From: Octopus bimaculoides | Lineage: Eukaryota | Length of the DNA stretch: 49,678 nt | Direction: 5' to 3' | Assembly (NCBI RefSeq): GCF_001194135.2 | Contig: NC_068993.1 | Span: 41,396,477 to 41,446,154 of the forward strand | Shown: positions 11,301-23,701 of the stretch, piece after piece | Layout: every line of letters begins with the position of its first letter | How positions within the stretch are numbered: the first letter of the stretch is position 1 | Program-made: the position numbers and the translations under genes | The notes under the pieces: generated by a model | The model's input: only the letters and a program-made list of their open reading frames with translations | Told to the model about the DNA's origin: nothing | Database searches by the model: none

Positions 11301-12265
11301 TCTATCTCTCTGTATACTCTCCCTGTATATATATAAATTATATTTTACATTAAAAAACTGAATAATTACTTAATACTTTTTGTAGAGTAACTATTCTACT
11401 TCTGCAGGAAGACTAATAACACAGCTTACGTCAGTAACAACAACGCTAATCACAATATTAGTTTTTTTTTGGTTTTTTTTAAAGTCTCTGAGCAGTATAA
11501 TAATATAAATAGCTGAGTGATGTGTAATGGCTTCAATCTGATGCATCATTAGAATATTGTACCGTTTTGGCATCACTAAATTTGTTACAGAACTGTAAGT
11601 GCTTGCTGAAATAGGTTTCTAAATTTTAGAGGAAATCAAAAAAGATAGTCTAAATCTATCAATAGAAGTGCATTTTGTCTAGAAAAGAAACCCTTTCCAC
11701 AACAAGCTTCAATTTCACGTTATTATAAATATGTATGTTTTAAGGCCCGTCATCTTAATCAGAAAAAAACATACAAAAAAGAAAATAAATATCGCTCTAT
11801 GTTTTATTTCCACTGAGTAATTATTTTGTATTTGTTTTTCATTTTGTTTTCTGAACCGATTCTAAAAGAACGTTGGTATGAATGAATTGCAGTTCTTAAA
11901 CTCCCATTCCGCAACTGGAATGAATCGTGGAAGCAATACAAATCTAGAAGTGAAGAAGAAGTCAAAAGGAAAAAAAAAAAAAGTAAGAAATGAAAAAAAA
12001 AAGAGAAAAGAAAAGAAAAAAGAAAAACATCCATATTTTTCCTCTTTGGAAGTTGTAATTTGTCTTTTAAAGAACGAAGAAATTGAAGAGTTTGAGTTTG
12101 ACATTCAGTTTATGCTACAGCAAACATGGGAATTGCAAGTTGATACATGGCATAAAAATAAGACGAAACCCATTTCATTATAAGCTTTTTGAACATGTTT
12201 GTGTATTTAGTTTTAAATCATCAACATTGAAATTAAATTCATTTATTCATTTATTTTATTATTAC

Positions 12266-12266
<1 letters not shown>

Positions 12267-12358
<92 letters not shown>

Positions 12359-12392
12359 GAGTAGTAGTAGGAGTAGTAGGAGTAGTAGTAGT
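12267..12392. repeat. Compound (ATT)n-(AGT)n-(AGG/AGT) microsatellite
   Basis: Direct reading. Confidence 0.95.
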
Positions 12393-12924
12393 TTTATCTC
12401 TTTCCATCATCTCAATTCGTTCGTTCGGATTAATCAGTTTTTATTACCGTACGAATCTTATCACATTTTCATTGTTCTGAAATTTCGCGTTGGTATCGTT
12501 GAAGAAGAAATCGAGGTAAAAATTTATTCTCGCAACTGGAATCTTTATCAGAAACTTTTCTATAGTTATTGACAACTAACTCCACCTTGCGGAATTTTCC
12601 GTTTTTATCGTTCCCCAAGCCACTATCTGGTTTATTATTGTATTAATGTCAATTTATTATTTTATTGTCTGTTGTGTGAGAAAAAGGGACTTTAAATTGT
12701 TCGCACAAACGAGTAACTAAATCCCGGAAAACGATTTGAACAATTAAACTGTACAGGATTGAAAATTTGGTTAAAATTAAGAAGAAAAAGAAATTTCCGG
12801 AAAATGAAAAATTGGAAGAAAAATAGAAATGAAAAGAAAATATATTGAAGTTAGTTCAGTATTTGACAGTAGTAAAAATATTTCTAAATTCTGTCTTTAT
12901 TTCAGTAGCAATTACATCATTATC

Positions 12925-12929
12925 TACTA

Positions 12930-12961
<32 letters not shown>

Positions 12962-13140
12962 ACTACTACTATTACTAGTATCACCACATCCCTACTACGA
13001 CAAGCACCACCACTACCACCACCGCCACAACCACAGCTACTACTACTATTACTAGTATCACCACATCACTACTACGACAGGCACCACCACTACCACCACC
13101 ACAATCACCACCTCAACTACTACTACTACTACTACTACTA
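12925..13140. repeat. Compound CTA/CTG/CCA low-complexity tract containing a 77-bp tandem duplication
   Basis: attactagtatcaccacatc occurs at 12971 and 13048. Confidence 0.9.
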
Positions 13141-13515
13141 TCTTAATAATCACGTCGTTAAATTCAGTTTATATTCCGCACAGATGTAAAAATCTATGAT
13201 TACATCAACTAAAAATGCCCATAGGAATTATGAAGACAGTTATTAATAAATAGACCGTGTAAAGGCCTGCTCCTAAATATAGTCCTTAGATTTTTCAAGT
13301 AAAATAAAAATTCATATGAAGAGGAAATCAAAATCTCCTCAAGGAATACATATGTCGATGTTCAATAAGGCTTTGCTAAGCAATTCAATTTCTATTCAAA
13401 CAGTTATATATATTTTTTTACCTCGATTCTAGAAATTAAAAGCTCTAGATTATATCTTGATACATTTTTTTTATTGAGAAAATACCAACTGCTACTTGAT
13501 TTATACAGTTTTAGC

Positions 13516-13517
<2 letters not shown>

Positions 13518-13560
<43 letters not shown>

Positions 13561-13575
13561 CACCGTCATTATCAC

Positions 13576-13606
<31 letters not shown>
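13518..13606. repeat. (ATT)n-(ATC)n microsatellite
   Basis: Direct reading. Confidence 0.95.
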
Positions 13607-13608
<2 letters not shown>

Positions 13609-14069
13609 TCAAATGTTTCGAGGTTGTTTTTATGCATTGCAGAAAATCTACTTGTAGCTTCAGGGATATGCTAGGTCTTTTCGATAACTTTGATTTATTT
13701 TTAATTGTATTTCAAGTGAAATATTATTACAAATCATTATTTTAGTTCCTAGAACCAATTTGTTTTTCGTTTCTTTTTTATTTTCTTCTTCGTCTTTGTC
13801 TTTTACTAAAATTTAAATAATATATAAATTGGAGAATTGTAGATATACAATGGCGGAGGAGACCGTTATGATAAATGGAGATAACGATACCATTGTGGAT
13901 CGATCGAATGGAAGACTGATAATTGAAATATATGATTGTATTCAATAAAAAAGTAAATAAATGATAATTATAAAATGATAGAGTAATAATTAAGTGATAG
14001 AAAATTGTAAAGTTCGATTGAACGATGAAGTGTTGGCTATAAAAACGTCAAGTTGGATGGTGTTTATCT

Positions 14070-14515
14070 TGATTAGTCTTAGCTGTGAGTTCGAATCTTG
14101 TTTGCGTAAATTTGCCTTTCGTCTTTCAGAGTAAATAAATGGTTTCTCATTTGAAAACAAGGTCACCAATTTTGAGGGGAGGGGCATTATTCGGTTACCA
14201 TTGTCTTCAGCAATTGACTGGTACTTTATTTTATCGACCCAAGAGAGATAAAAGATAAAGTTAATCTCAAGTAAAGTTGAATTCGAAACGCAAAGTACTG
14301 AGACAGATTTTGTAAAGCATTTTCTTCCGACCTTCTGACGAACTTATCAGCTTACTGCTTTCCAGGAGTTAATAGAATTATTTCTTTTCAATTTTAGCAA
14401 AAGGCCAGCTATTTTGAAAGGAAAAAGTTACGTGATTACTTCGACCCTGGTACTTAACTTGTACTCCTTTCATCGACCACGAAACGATGAAAGACAGAGT
14501 CGATCTGGTGGAAGC
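14070..14515. mobile_element. Cluster of degenerate SINE-B pieces (one +, two -)
   Basis: gagttcgaatc...tttgcctttcgtcttt (+); ggtactttattttatcgaccc and cgaccacgaaacgatgaaagacagagtcga (-). Confidence 0.65.
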
Positions 14516-14745
14516 TTCGTGGTTACAGTGTCGGATTCATGATCGTAAGATTGTGGTTTCGATATCTGGACTGGGCGACGGATTGTGTTCTTGAGCAAAA
14601 CACTTCATTTCACGTTGTTCCTGTCCACTCAGCTGGTAAAAATGAGTAACCCTGTAACGGACCCGTTTCGCGTCCTGGTGCGGAAATTATATGTCCTGGA
14701 AACCAGCAAACCTTATGAGTCGGCATGACCCGAGAAGGTAACTTT
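14515..14745 (+). mobile_element. SINE family C (tRNA head, conserved-looking core ttgtgttcttgagcaaaacacttcatttcacgttg)
   Basis: Head and core shared with 25214-25523 (-); tail shared with 28245-28380 (-). Confidence 0.8.
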
Positions 14746-14749
14746 ACCT

Positions 14750-14850
14750 TATTTAAAGTCGACCTCAGCGGAATTTTAAACTCAAAACGTAAAGAGCCAA
14801 AATAATAATTGTTAAGCATCTTGTCCGACGATTCTGCCAGCTCACCACTC
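14750..14850 (-). mobile_element. SINE family B 5' half
   Basis: aaagtcgacctcagcggaattttaaactcaaaacgtaaag...cgattctgccagctcacc. Confidence 0.8.
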
Positions 14851-14869
14851 ACAAGCAGGTATTATATAG

Positions 14870-15085
14870 TGGTTTCAAATTTTGGCACAGGGCCAGCATT
14901 TCCGAGTGAGAGAATAAGTCCGTTACGTCGACTCCAGTGCTCAACTGGTACTTATTTTATCGACCACGAAAGGTTGAATGACAAAAGTCGACCCCAGCGG
15001 AATTTGAACTCAAAACGTAAAGAGCCGGAAAATGTTGCTAAGCATTTTGTCCGATGCGCTAACGGTTCTGGCAGCTCACCTCCCT
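14870..15085 (-). mobile_element. SINE family B, full length
   Basis: ggtttcaaattttggcacagggccagc...ggcagctcacc is the reverse complement of 20140-20355. Confidence 0.9.
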
Positions 15086-16404
15086 GAAGCAATGTATTGA
15101 AGTGAATTTCAAAGACTATTATTAGGACATGTATATCACACTAAGCCTTACAGTAATTCTGATGATGTGGTGTTCATATCTTGTATCGAGATTACGTCAA
15201 TCTGACAGTTCCAATCTTGCTTCAAGAAGAGTTGTACTCAGTATTTTTAGGTAATAAGAGAACTTTTTAATTTTGCACTGATGCCACAGATCATATCGCT
15301 TTGCTTGCTATTTTGTGGTAACTACATACAGCAAAGTCCAGTGGACCATTGCGAGTCAAGTTTCTAAGTCACAGACGTAAATCAAAATTAAGCTGAGAAG
15401 ATTCAAGACTCAGATTCGTCTTGTGGGTGTACGCTACTCTGTTTGCGAGTCTACATGTGACTTAGCATGGCATTGCTTCTTCAAAATTAAGAGCCCAACA
15501 AATGCCCCCAGGAAGTTGCTATATTAAAAACACGTCGACATCTTCAGAATACTGACGTACGATGAAAATCTAACCAAATAGAAGTGAATTAAATCGATGT
15601 GTACCTACAACTTATAAAATCAATAGCGCAATTTTTTGTCATCGGAAGCCATTTTACATTCTGTATTGCTCTTGTGACTGATAGCCATAGGGGTGACTTA
15701 GTTCACAAACCTTAACATCAAGGCAGTATTACTTTGAATGTAAGACTGTATTGCTTGACGAGCAAGGACTTACTGATTTTTAATTATTTTGTTAGTTGAG
15801 GTTTAAACACAGTGCATGGTGAGTCATTCCATCATGCAAGGGAGAGCGACGAGAAGCATCTGTATATTTATGTTCAATACGTTTGTGAACATTCAGACAT
15901 GGAAAGATTTGCGCTGCAGTACGTGCCTTTGAAGAGAATGTTTCCTTATACACACTGTGTATGAAAACACACCGAGCTGGACCGTGAATGACGTCATAGG
16001 ACTGTAGGTCACTTGTTTCTGTGTCGGTGCGTTTCATCAGCTACAGACATCGAGTCCATCGTTCATTGCTCATGTATTGTAGTGACACGTATTGGTATAT
16101 CAATCTCCTGATACCTATGATCTTTTGTGTAATGAATCTGTATTTATATTGCTTCATAGTTCATGTCAATTCTTTTAGAGCAGACGAATAACCAGCTACA
16201 TTCCAGTCGTGATGACCAGGCCTTCTTATAAAGAGTCTGTTGAACTACATTGTGCTATGTGTTCATTCCATATTTAAGACGATAGGGTATGATTTTGGAG
16301 ATATTTGCCTACTGTTCCTAGTTTATGAGTGACATATAGAAGTATTTTTGTTGAAATTAAGTATGTTTCGACACTGTACACATTTGGTATATGTAGGTAC
16401 CATA

Positions 16405-16640
16405 AGACAGTCTTAAATTTTGGCACAAGACCAGTAATTCCGGGGGGAAGGGAGAGAGTCGATTACATCGACCCCTGTGCTTAGTGCTGAACTGGTACAT
16501 TTTTAACCCCAGCCACCTCCCAGAGGATGAAAGGCAAAGTAGACCTCGGCAGAATTTGAACTCAAAACATGAAAACCAACCAAATGTTGTCAAGCATTTT
16601 GCTCGAGGTGTTAACAAATATGCGACCTCGTCGCCTTAAG
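16405..16640 (-). mobile_element. SINE family B, full length
   Basis: aaattttggcacaagaccag...aggatgaaaggcaaagtagacctcggcagaatttgaactc. Confidence 0.88.
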
Positions 16641-17924
16641 ATACCATGGGATATTAATCTGAATGATATAAGCAGTGGGAGCACTACAGCATTGATGAGT
16701 GTTTTATCAACTTAAAATACTCATACCGAAGAAGGATTGTATCTGAAAAGCTGGTGTCATCTAGAAATACTACGTGAATACCAAATCCTTAGAATCGCTT
16801 TGCGGCCAAGTGGAATATAGGGGGTCAAAACTATAGTTTATGTGACTAGTTGCGATATATTTCTCCAGTAAGTTTTAAAGACTCTTCAAACCTGAAATGC
16901 AGGCGAGTTTTGAACCCAAGACCAAATGAGGTAATCAATGAAAGGGCCTACTCGACAATTTACCTCGCGGTATTCAGACTTTGCAGTTTATGAACTTATT
17001 TATATTCATGACAAAGAACGAAATCAATATTTATCTCATGTCTGATGTATTCAAAGTATTTTAATAACATCGCAGAAAATAGTAACAATCATAAAATAAA
17101 CAAAACAATTCAATATTTTTGGAAATAAAAATAATTACATTCTCTAATGTGATAACAACAACACAGTAGCCACAGAAACGGTTGAATCGATAAGGTGGTG
17201 AAATAGCAATCCACAGGTTCCGAAGTTCTTATCTCGACCACCGAGCTAGTTACCTAAGATTTAATCACGAAGCCAATGATGGAAGCTCCACGTAGTTGAT
17301 CAATTTCCTAAAAACAGTAGCGAGATCGCCCTCAGTTCATATTCTATCGTCTTTAATAACGCCGTATTGAATAAATATGGTTCTTAGTTTCTTGCAAATA
17401 AAACACACACATACATGCACACACAGACACACACACTCGCACACTCACACACTTGCACGCACACAAATGTGATAAACATAAGTGGAATGCTCCTTATGTT
17501 CTACTTTTAAAGCACCGCACACTTGACTAGAAATAAATACCATATTGCAGCAGCTCTGGAAAACTCGGAAGTGCATTGCAACTGCTTCTTGTTGAATTCT
17601 TTGTATGGTCAATATAACAGTTGGAATCGTGAAGTTTACAACTTTAGCGAAAAGAGACACCAGTTGTACTTGGCACAAATAATATTTTCACAAATAATAT
17701 GTTAGCGGATATCGTATGTGGTTGTGTTCATGATTTAAAATGCTTTCTGTTGGTTTGTGTCAAGAAAGCGTTGATAAACAAACGTTCTGCGCGAAGGCAG
17801 AAATGATGGACACAATATCAGCTTGTCTAGGAAATCTTAAGTTGACCGTATGAATTGTTTAATGTCTAATTACTTAATTATCTCATACATAGGTGTATTT
17901 AGTAGTAATATTATGGCTCTCGGT

Positions 17925-18140
17925 AAGGCGGCGAGCTGGCAGATTCGTTAGCACGCCGGGCAAAATGCTTAACGGCACTTCGTTCCTCTTTATATCTGAG
18001 TTCAAACTCTGCCGAGGTCGACTTTGTCTTTCATCCTTTCAGGAGTCAGTTAAATGAGAATTGGTTGAGCACGGGGGTTGACGCAACTGATTTACCTCCT
18101 CCCTCGGAATTACTGGCCTTGTGCCAAAATATGAAAGTGA
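17925..18140 (+). mobile_element. SINE family B, full length
   Basis: ggcggcgagctggcagattcgttagcacgccgggcaaaatgctt...gagttcaaactctgccgaggtcgacttt...ggccttgtgccaaaat. Confidence 0.92.
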
Positions 18141-18149
18141 TATTATGGC

Positions 18150-18420
18150 TCTAGGCGACGAACTGAGGGTCGTTAGAGGGTTTGACAGAATGCATAGTGA
18201 TATTTGCGACGATTCTCTACGCTCTGAGATTAAATCTCACCGTGTTCAACTTGACCGTGTATCCTTCTACCAATCAATGGCGGTTGATTGACGACACTGC
18301 ATGAATAGTAGATCAGATTCCTTACGGTAATTGTTCTAAGTCTTTGTGTTCTATGTTCAAATCCAGTCGTAGCCTACTCAGTTGGAAGACTAAATACAGC
18401 ACTTGTTAACTGTCACCATT
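18150..18420 (+). mobile_element. Two older SINE-B-like heads
   Basis: ggcgacgaactg...acgctctgagattaaatc and gtgttctatgttcaaatcc. Confidence 0.5.
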
Positions 18421-19084
18421 TGGTACCTTCGATACTTTCAGCGGAATCCATACTGGTGCATGCATTCAGGCGAGTATTTCGTTTGAGAATAACTTCTCTC
18501 GCTCTCACCTGTTTCAGAAGCCATGTAAAGTCTCATGGATATTGCATTATCTCCTAACAGTTTAAAACGAAAGGGTTATTTGTGTCTTTTATTTTTTACC
18601 GTTCCCTACATATATACAATATTATATAAATAAAAATTAACTTAATTCACAAAAACAAATTTGTGAGAATTCTGAAAAATCTAAAAGACAATGTTACCTA
18701 ATTAAATGCAGTAATAAAAGCATCTGTAAGAGTTCCTTATTTCTCCGCGAACTGACAAAAAATTAATCGCAAACTCTTTCAGTGAAATAATTTCACATCA
18801 GCGCATCATAAACTTATAATGAGAAACAAATTCAAAATATTGCCCTATACATCGCAAGAAAGAACTATAGGGAAATATTAGTGGACAATACAACTATACA
18901 TAATTTCCCACAAAAAGAATATTAATGATGCAATTAATATTCATATTGCAATACTAAAATATATACCCAATGACATTTGTGGACAAACAAAAAATAACGC
19001 CTGATTTAACACATATGTCTAACGCTCAAAATTCAAATTCCTGTGATATCTACACCAATCATATTAAGATTGCCTAATGGTAGC

Positions 19085-19525
19085 TGAAAATTTTGGCACA
19101 AGGCAATCAAGTTCGGTTGAGTGGGTTAGACGATTACATTGACCTCAGTGCTTAGATAATACTTATTTTATAGACACCGAAAGGATGAACGCCAAAGTCG
19201 ACCTCGGTGGAATTTGAACTCAGAACATAAGGAGGCACAAAATGCTGCTAGACATTTTACCCGGCATGCTAACGATTCTGCTAGCTCACAACCCCAGACC
19301 TACCTAATATCGGTTTAAAATTTTGGTATAAGGCCAGAAATTTCGAGGGGAGGAGGTAAGTCAATTATATCGACCCCAGTACTCAACTGGTACATATTTT
19401 ATCGATTCCGAAAGGATGAAAGGTAAATTTGACCTCGGCAGAATTTGAACGTAGAACGTAAAAGCGAAAGAAATGTTGCTAAGCATTTTTTCCGGCGTGC
19501 TAAAGATTCTGTCAGCATACTACCA
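19085..19525 (-). mobile_element. Two head-to-tail SINE family B copies (about 19085-19295 and 19310-19525)
   Basis: Each has aaattttgg...aaggatgaa...aatttgaac...ggc(a/g)tgctaa(c/a)gattctg. Confidence 0.9.
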
Positions 19526-19761
19526 TAGGCCTGTTTGATATTAAGGCGTCTTAAAAACACTAGCGTAATTACAACCCGAAGATAGGTCTGCGAAGATCTA
19601 GAAATGATGATGGATTTAGAAACGCTACTGTTCCAGACAAACTATAAGGATTTCATACAATTTTTTAATAAAAAATAACTTGGTAAAAATCTAAAATTTG
19701 AACAGTCGTCCTTTCAATAAAACATGCTTAAAATAAAGGCTAATCCCCATATATAAGTGAA

Positions 19762-19762
19762 A

Positions 19763-19797
<35 letters not shown>

Positions 19798-20000
19798 CAT
19801 GCATATACATTTATATATATAAGTATATATGTAGTATACATAGGCACATATCTTTATATACATCTATATACACATATACATGCATACTCATACATATATG
19901 TATACGTGCATATGTATGTTTATGTATGTATAAATTTTATATACACACGCACACCAGCACACACATATGCACACATACATATGTATTCAAGTGCATGCAT
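19762..20000. repeat. (CA)n plus cryptic TA/CA/TG simple repeat
   Basis: Direct reading. Confidence 0.9.
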
Positions 20001-20139
20001 ATGTATCTTTCAAACGTCTAAAACCGGTGCTTTTCGAATGAAGCCCTTTGTCTTATTTATTCAGCACCGAATTCACTCCACAGTCTTGTCCCCCTCGTTT
20101 AAAAAACTTATAACCAACGACGCTATTATTCAACCAACA

Positions 20140-20355
20140 TAAGACGGTGAGCTAGCAGAACCGTTAGCACACCGGGCTAATTGCTTTGCGGCATTTCATC
20201 CGTCTTTACGTTCTGAGTTCAAATTCCGCCGAAGTCGACTTTGCTTTCCATCATTTCGGGGTCGTGGAAATAAGTACCAGTTGAGGAGTGGAGTCGACGT
20301 AATCGACTTACCCTAACGCCCGAACTTGCTGGCCTTGTGACAAAATTTGAAATCA
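20140..20355 (+). mobile_element. SINE family B, full length and well preserved
   Basis: gacggtgagctagcagaaccgttagcac...acgttctgagttcaaattccgccgaagtcgactttgc...ggccttgtgacaaaatttgaaa. Confidence 0.92.
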
Positions 20356-22014
20356 TTCTTTACCAACATGAGATACCAAGAGAGAATAAAAATAAATAGT
20401 CCCCACAATGGGGGTCTTCGGTATAAGTAGCTGTAGTATACTGAGACAGGTCTGATTACAGTTTATCTCTTAAACAAAGTTGCTCTGTAAATAATCGACA
20501 GAAACCAATATTCAGTGTTCATTTATCAGGTTAATTTCAATTACAAATGTAGCTTAGTTGGTCATTTTCATTCAGACATTTGTCTTCCAATCACATTTCT
20601 GAATGTATATTTGTGAGTATGTGTGAGCAAAAAGAGAAAGAAAAAAAACCATTGTGCAAAAGCCTTGTCTTAATAGCTATGTGGCTCCGATGAATCTGTT
20701 AATGAATAACAAATATGATTGACAACGGAGATTAAGCTCTGTACAGAAATAATATCATTTCACAAGTATCTGATGTGAATTGTTGATGTATGGTGAATAA
20801 AGATATTTCAAATGAGAACATAATAATGCATCATACGTTTGGTATTGAAGAATATAAACACAATATTTCGGATAAGGTTATCATTGAGTAGAAACGCTTT
20901 GATATGTATATATAAATTCCTAGAACACACACACACATACACACACACATCAATATTTGAAAAAGAATATTATAGTATGTGTAAAAGGGGTGTTGTAGAT
21001 GAAGATACCGCTATTTAAAACAGTGTGATTCTTGTTGTTGTTAATGAAAATGTTCTCGGATGAACGAACTCACACTTCGTTTGCTGTGGAAAAAAACAAA
21101 AAAGCGAAAGTAACATTTGAAATTAAATGGGGGAAATATATAAAACAAATTCTATGACAACGGAATCAAAAGAACTGCGCTGATATTGCTAAAGAGATTT
21201 GGTAATTTATCTCTCTCTACTGAGAGTATTTTGCCACTAAGTTGACTTGAGTTACAAATGTTACTCCCTGTATATTTAACAAACCGGAAATTGCATGGAG
21301 GAACCCCTCCCCACAAAAAAAAACTTTGGGGGAATTATTTCAAAACAATGTTGTCTCTAAAAGCTAGGTTCCCATTCCTCTCAGTCGAATGCCTTTGGTA
21401 GCACATGCAGATTTTTAAGTATTCCCATATGCTAGTAGCAGAGTTTGAAGTTAGCATGCAAATACGTAATAATAATTTTTTTTGTGTGTGTCTGTAACAA
21501 CAAAAAGTGTGATTTGGATAGCTCTAGAGGGCTTCAGTAAACAAAACGGACAATATCAATAGAAACTATCTTTAACAAGAATGCTATACAAATGAAGTAC
21601 TTCATTCATAGACATTACTGTTGGAAAAACTACTAGATTTACAACTTCTGTTGCAACAGAATCTGCGACTATACGAAAACTGGAAAGGACAAAAAATATG
21701 TTCTTAAAGATAAATTACGTTACAAACACGATTTGAAGCCTAAAAGAATGTGTCTATTCAGCATTCTTATCAGGAGAATACTTCCAGTTAAGAAATCTAA
21801 AAATTACTAACCAGACAGAATGGAGACAAGAGAATGTTAATAGGAAATACAATATGTAAAGTGGGTTGATCGAAAGAAAATAAAACACAACTTATGAAAT
21901 TCCAGCGATGGTGTTACATTGCATCGTGCCACCACTCGCCTATCCTGCCATCTGTTCGCATGAAAATCATGTACGAAGACAATTTGAAAATAGCATCTAC
22001 TAATGCTTCAATTA

Positions 22015-22016
<2 letters not shown>

Positions 22017-22066
<50 letters not shown>

Positions 22067-22640
22067 NNNNNNNNNNNNNNNNNNNNNNNNNNNNNNNNNN
22101 NNNNNNNNNNNNNNNNNNNNNNNNNNNNNNNNNNNNNNNNNNNNNNNNNNNNNNNNNNNNNNNNNNNNNNNNNNNNNNNNNNNNNNNNNNNNNNNNNNNN
22201 NNNNNNNNNNNNNNNNNNNNNNNNNNNNNNNNNNNNNNNNNNNNNNNNNNNNNNNNNNNNNNNNNNNNNNNNNNNNNNNNNNNNNNNNNNNNNNNNNNNN
22301 NNNNNNNNNNNNNNNNNNNNNNNNNNNNNNNNNNNNNNNNNNNNNNNNNNNNNNNNNNNNNNNNNNNNNNNNNNNNNNNNNNNNNNNNNNNNNNNNNNNN
22401 NNNNNNNNNNNNNNNNNNNNNNNNNNNNNNNNNNNNNNNNNNNNNNNNNNNNNNNNNNNNNNNNNNNNNNNNNNNNNNNNNNNNNNNNNNNNNNNNNNNN
22501 NNNNNNNNNNNNNNNNNNNNNNNNNNNNNNNNNNNNNNNNNNNNNNNNNNNNNNNNNNNNNNNNNNNNNNNNNNNNNNNNNNNNNNNNNNNNNNNNNNNN
22601 NNNNNNNNNNNNNNNNNNNNNNNNNNNNNNNNNNNNNNNN

Positions 22641-22672
<32 letters not shown>
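22017..22672. other. Assembly gap 22067-22640 flanked by (CT)n and (AT)n
   Basis: N run. Confidence 0.99.
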
Positions 22673-22680
<8 letters not shown>

Positions 22681-23665
22681 GAATCACGTAGGCATTGCAA
22701 TACTAATAACCTGGTGTAGAACTCAGTATAGGTATGCTTCTGAACGAGGAGTTAGTTAAGTACAGAGTGGTGATACAAAAAGAGATGACAATAGAAAGAC
22801 CGATTAGCTTATGAACTAGATTAGCTTACAACTGTTTCCACTAATTCTTTATTCATACATATATACGTGTGTGAATGCATATTATATGTATACATATACA
22901 CATGCATACGTGCGCGTGCACACACAGACACACACACAAACTCATATTGTGAGTGTGTGTTGTACTCTGCAACTTTGTGTAATGTACTGCAATGAGCTTT
23001 AACATTTTTGAAAAAGATCTGAGAAATGCAAGGAAGAAATTAGGCAAAATATGTAAGGTGATGGAAACAATGAGAATAGGATTATGTTACCTTACATAGA
23101 TACTTTGATTATCTTATATTTCAGGAAGTATTCATTTTTTCAAATCGAAGTATCATAAAACATTAGAAAGGCCCGCCTTAAACAAAACGTTTCTCCGAAA
23201 TCTTTGATAACTTTCTCTTTTTTTATTTGAAAGAGGGAATCTTCCCCGAAATATTGACTTAGATAAAGGAATGCAATAATTTTCCTACATGCTTCGTTTT
23301 CATTTATTGATAGCTTGTTATATACATACATACATATACGCATACATACACACATAAATACCTTCATACATACATACACACATATACACACCTACGTATG
23401 CACAGAATCAGGTTGTGTAAGTCTAATTGTCAACTTCGTGTTGACCCTACGTTCGGGTAAAATACGCTTGGTCAAAGTACTGAGTACCGTGTTCGAACTA
23501 AGAATGGCATGATAGCGTAGGAAACTTGTCAACGATGCGCATGCTATCACGATCAATATATATGGGGAACAGATTTTCTTCACAACAGAATTAATATAAA
23601 TGTTTCTTGGAATGAGATATATGGTAATCGATGTTACAAGTTCTGCATAAACACCATAGATATGC

Positions 23666-23667
<2 letters not shown>

Positions 23668-23701
<34 letters not shown>

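Noticed and set aside
12845-13674. Poly-Thr/Pro/His/Tyr ORFs
   Set aside because: They are trinucleotide microsatellite translations.
16000-16040. CTGATGA...GAAAC hammerhead-like spacing on the minus strand; other CTGA(T/A)GA hits at about 9730, 44266 and 46215
   Set aside because: No helix II can form between the boxes.
17925-18020. tRNA genes (here and at other SINE heads)
   Set aside because: A/B-box-like motifs are present, but no complete cloverleaf forms and each head continues into a SINE body.
18420-18470. HQYGFR LINE RT motif on the minus strand
   Set aside because: It is an isolated hexapeptide with no neighbouring RT motifs in register, so it cannot be called.
21652-21665. 14-bp palindrome tctgttgcaacaga and short open frames around 21610-21740
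   Set aside because: A single short palindrome is expected by chance, and the peptides are unrecognisable and lack a donor.
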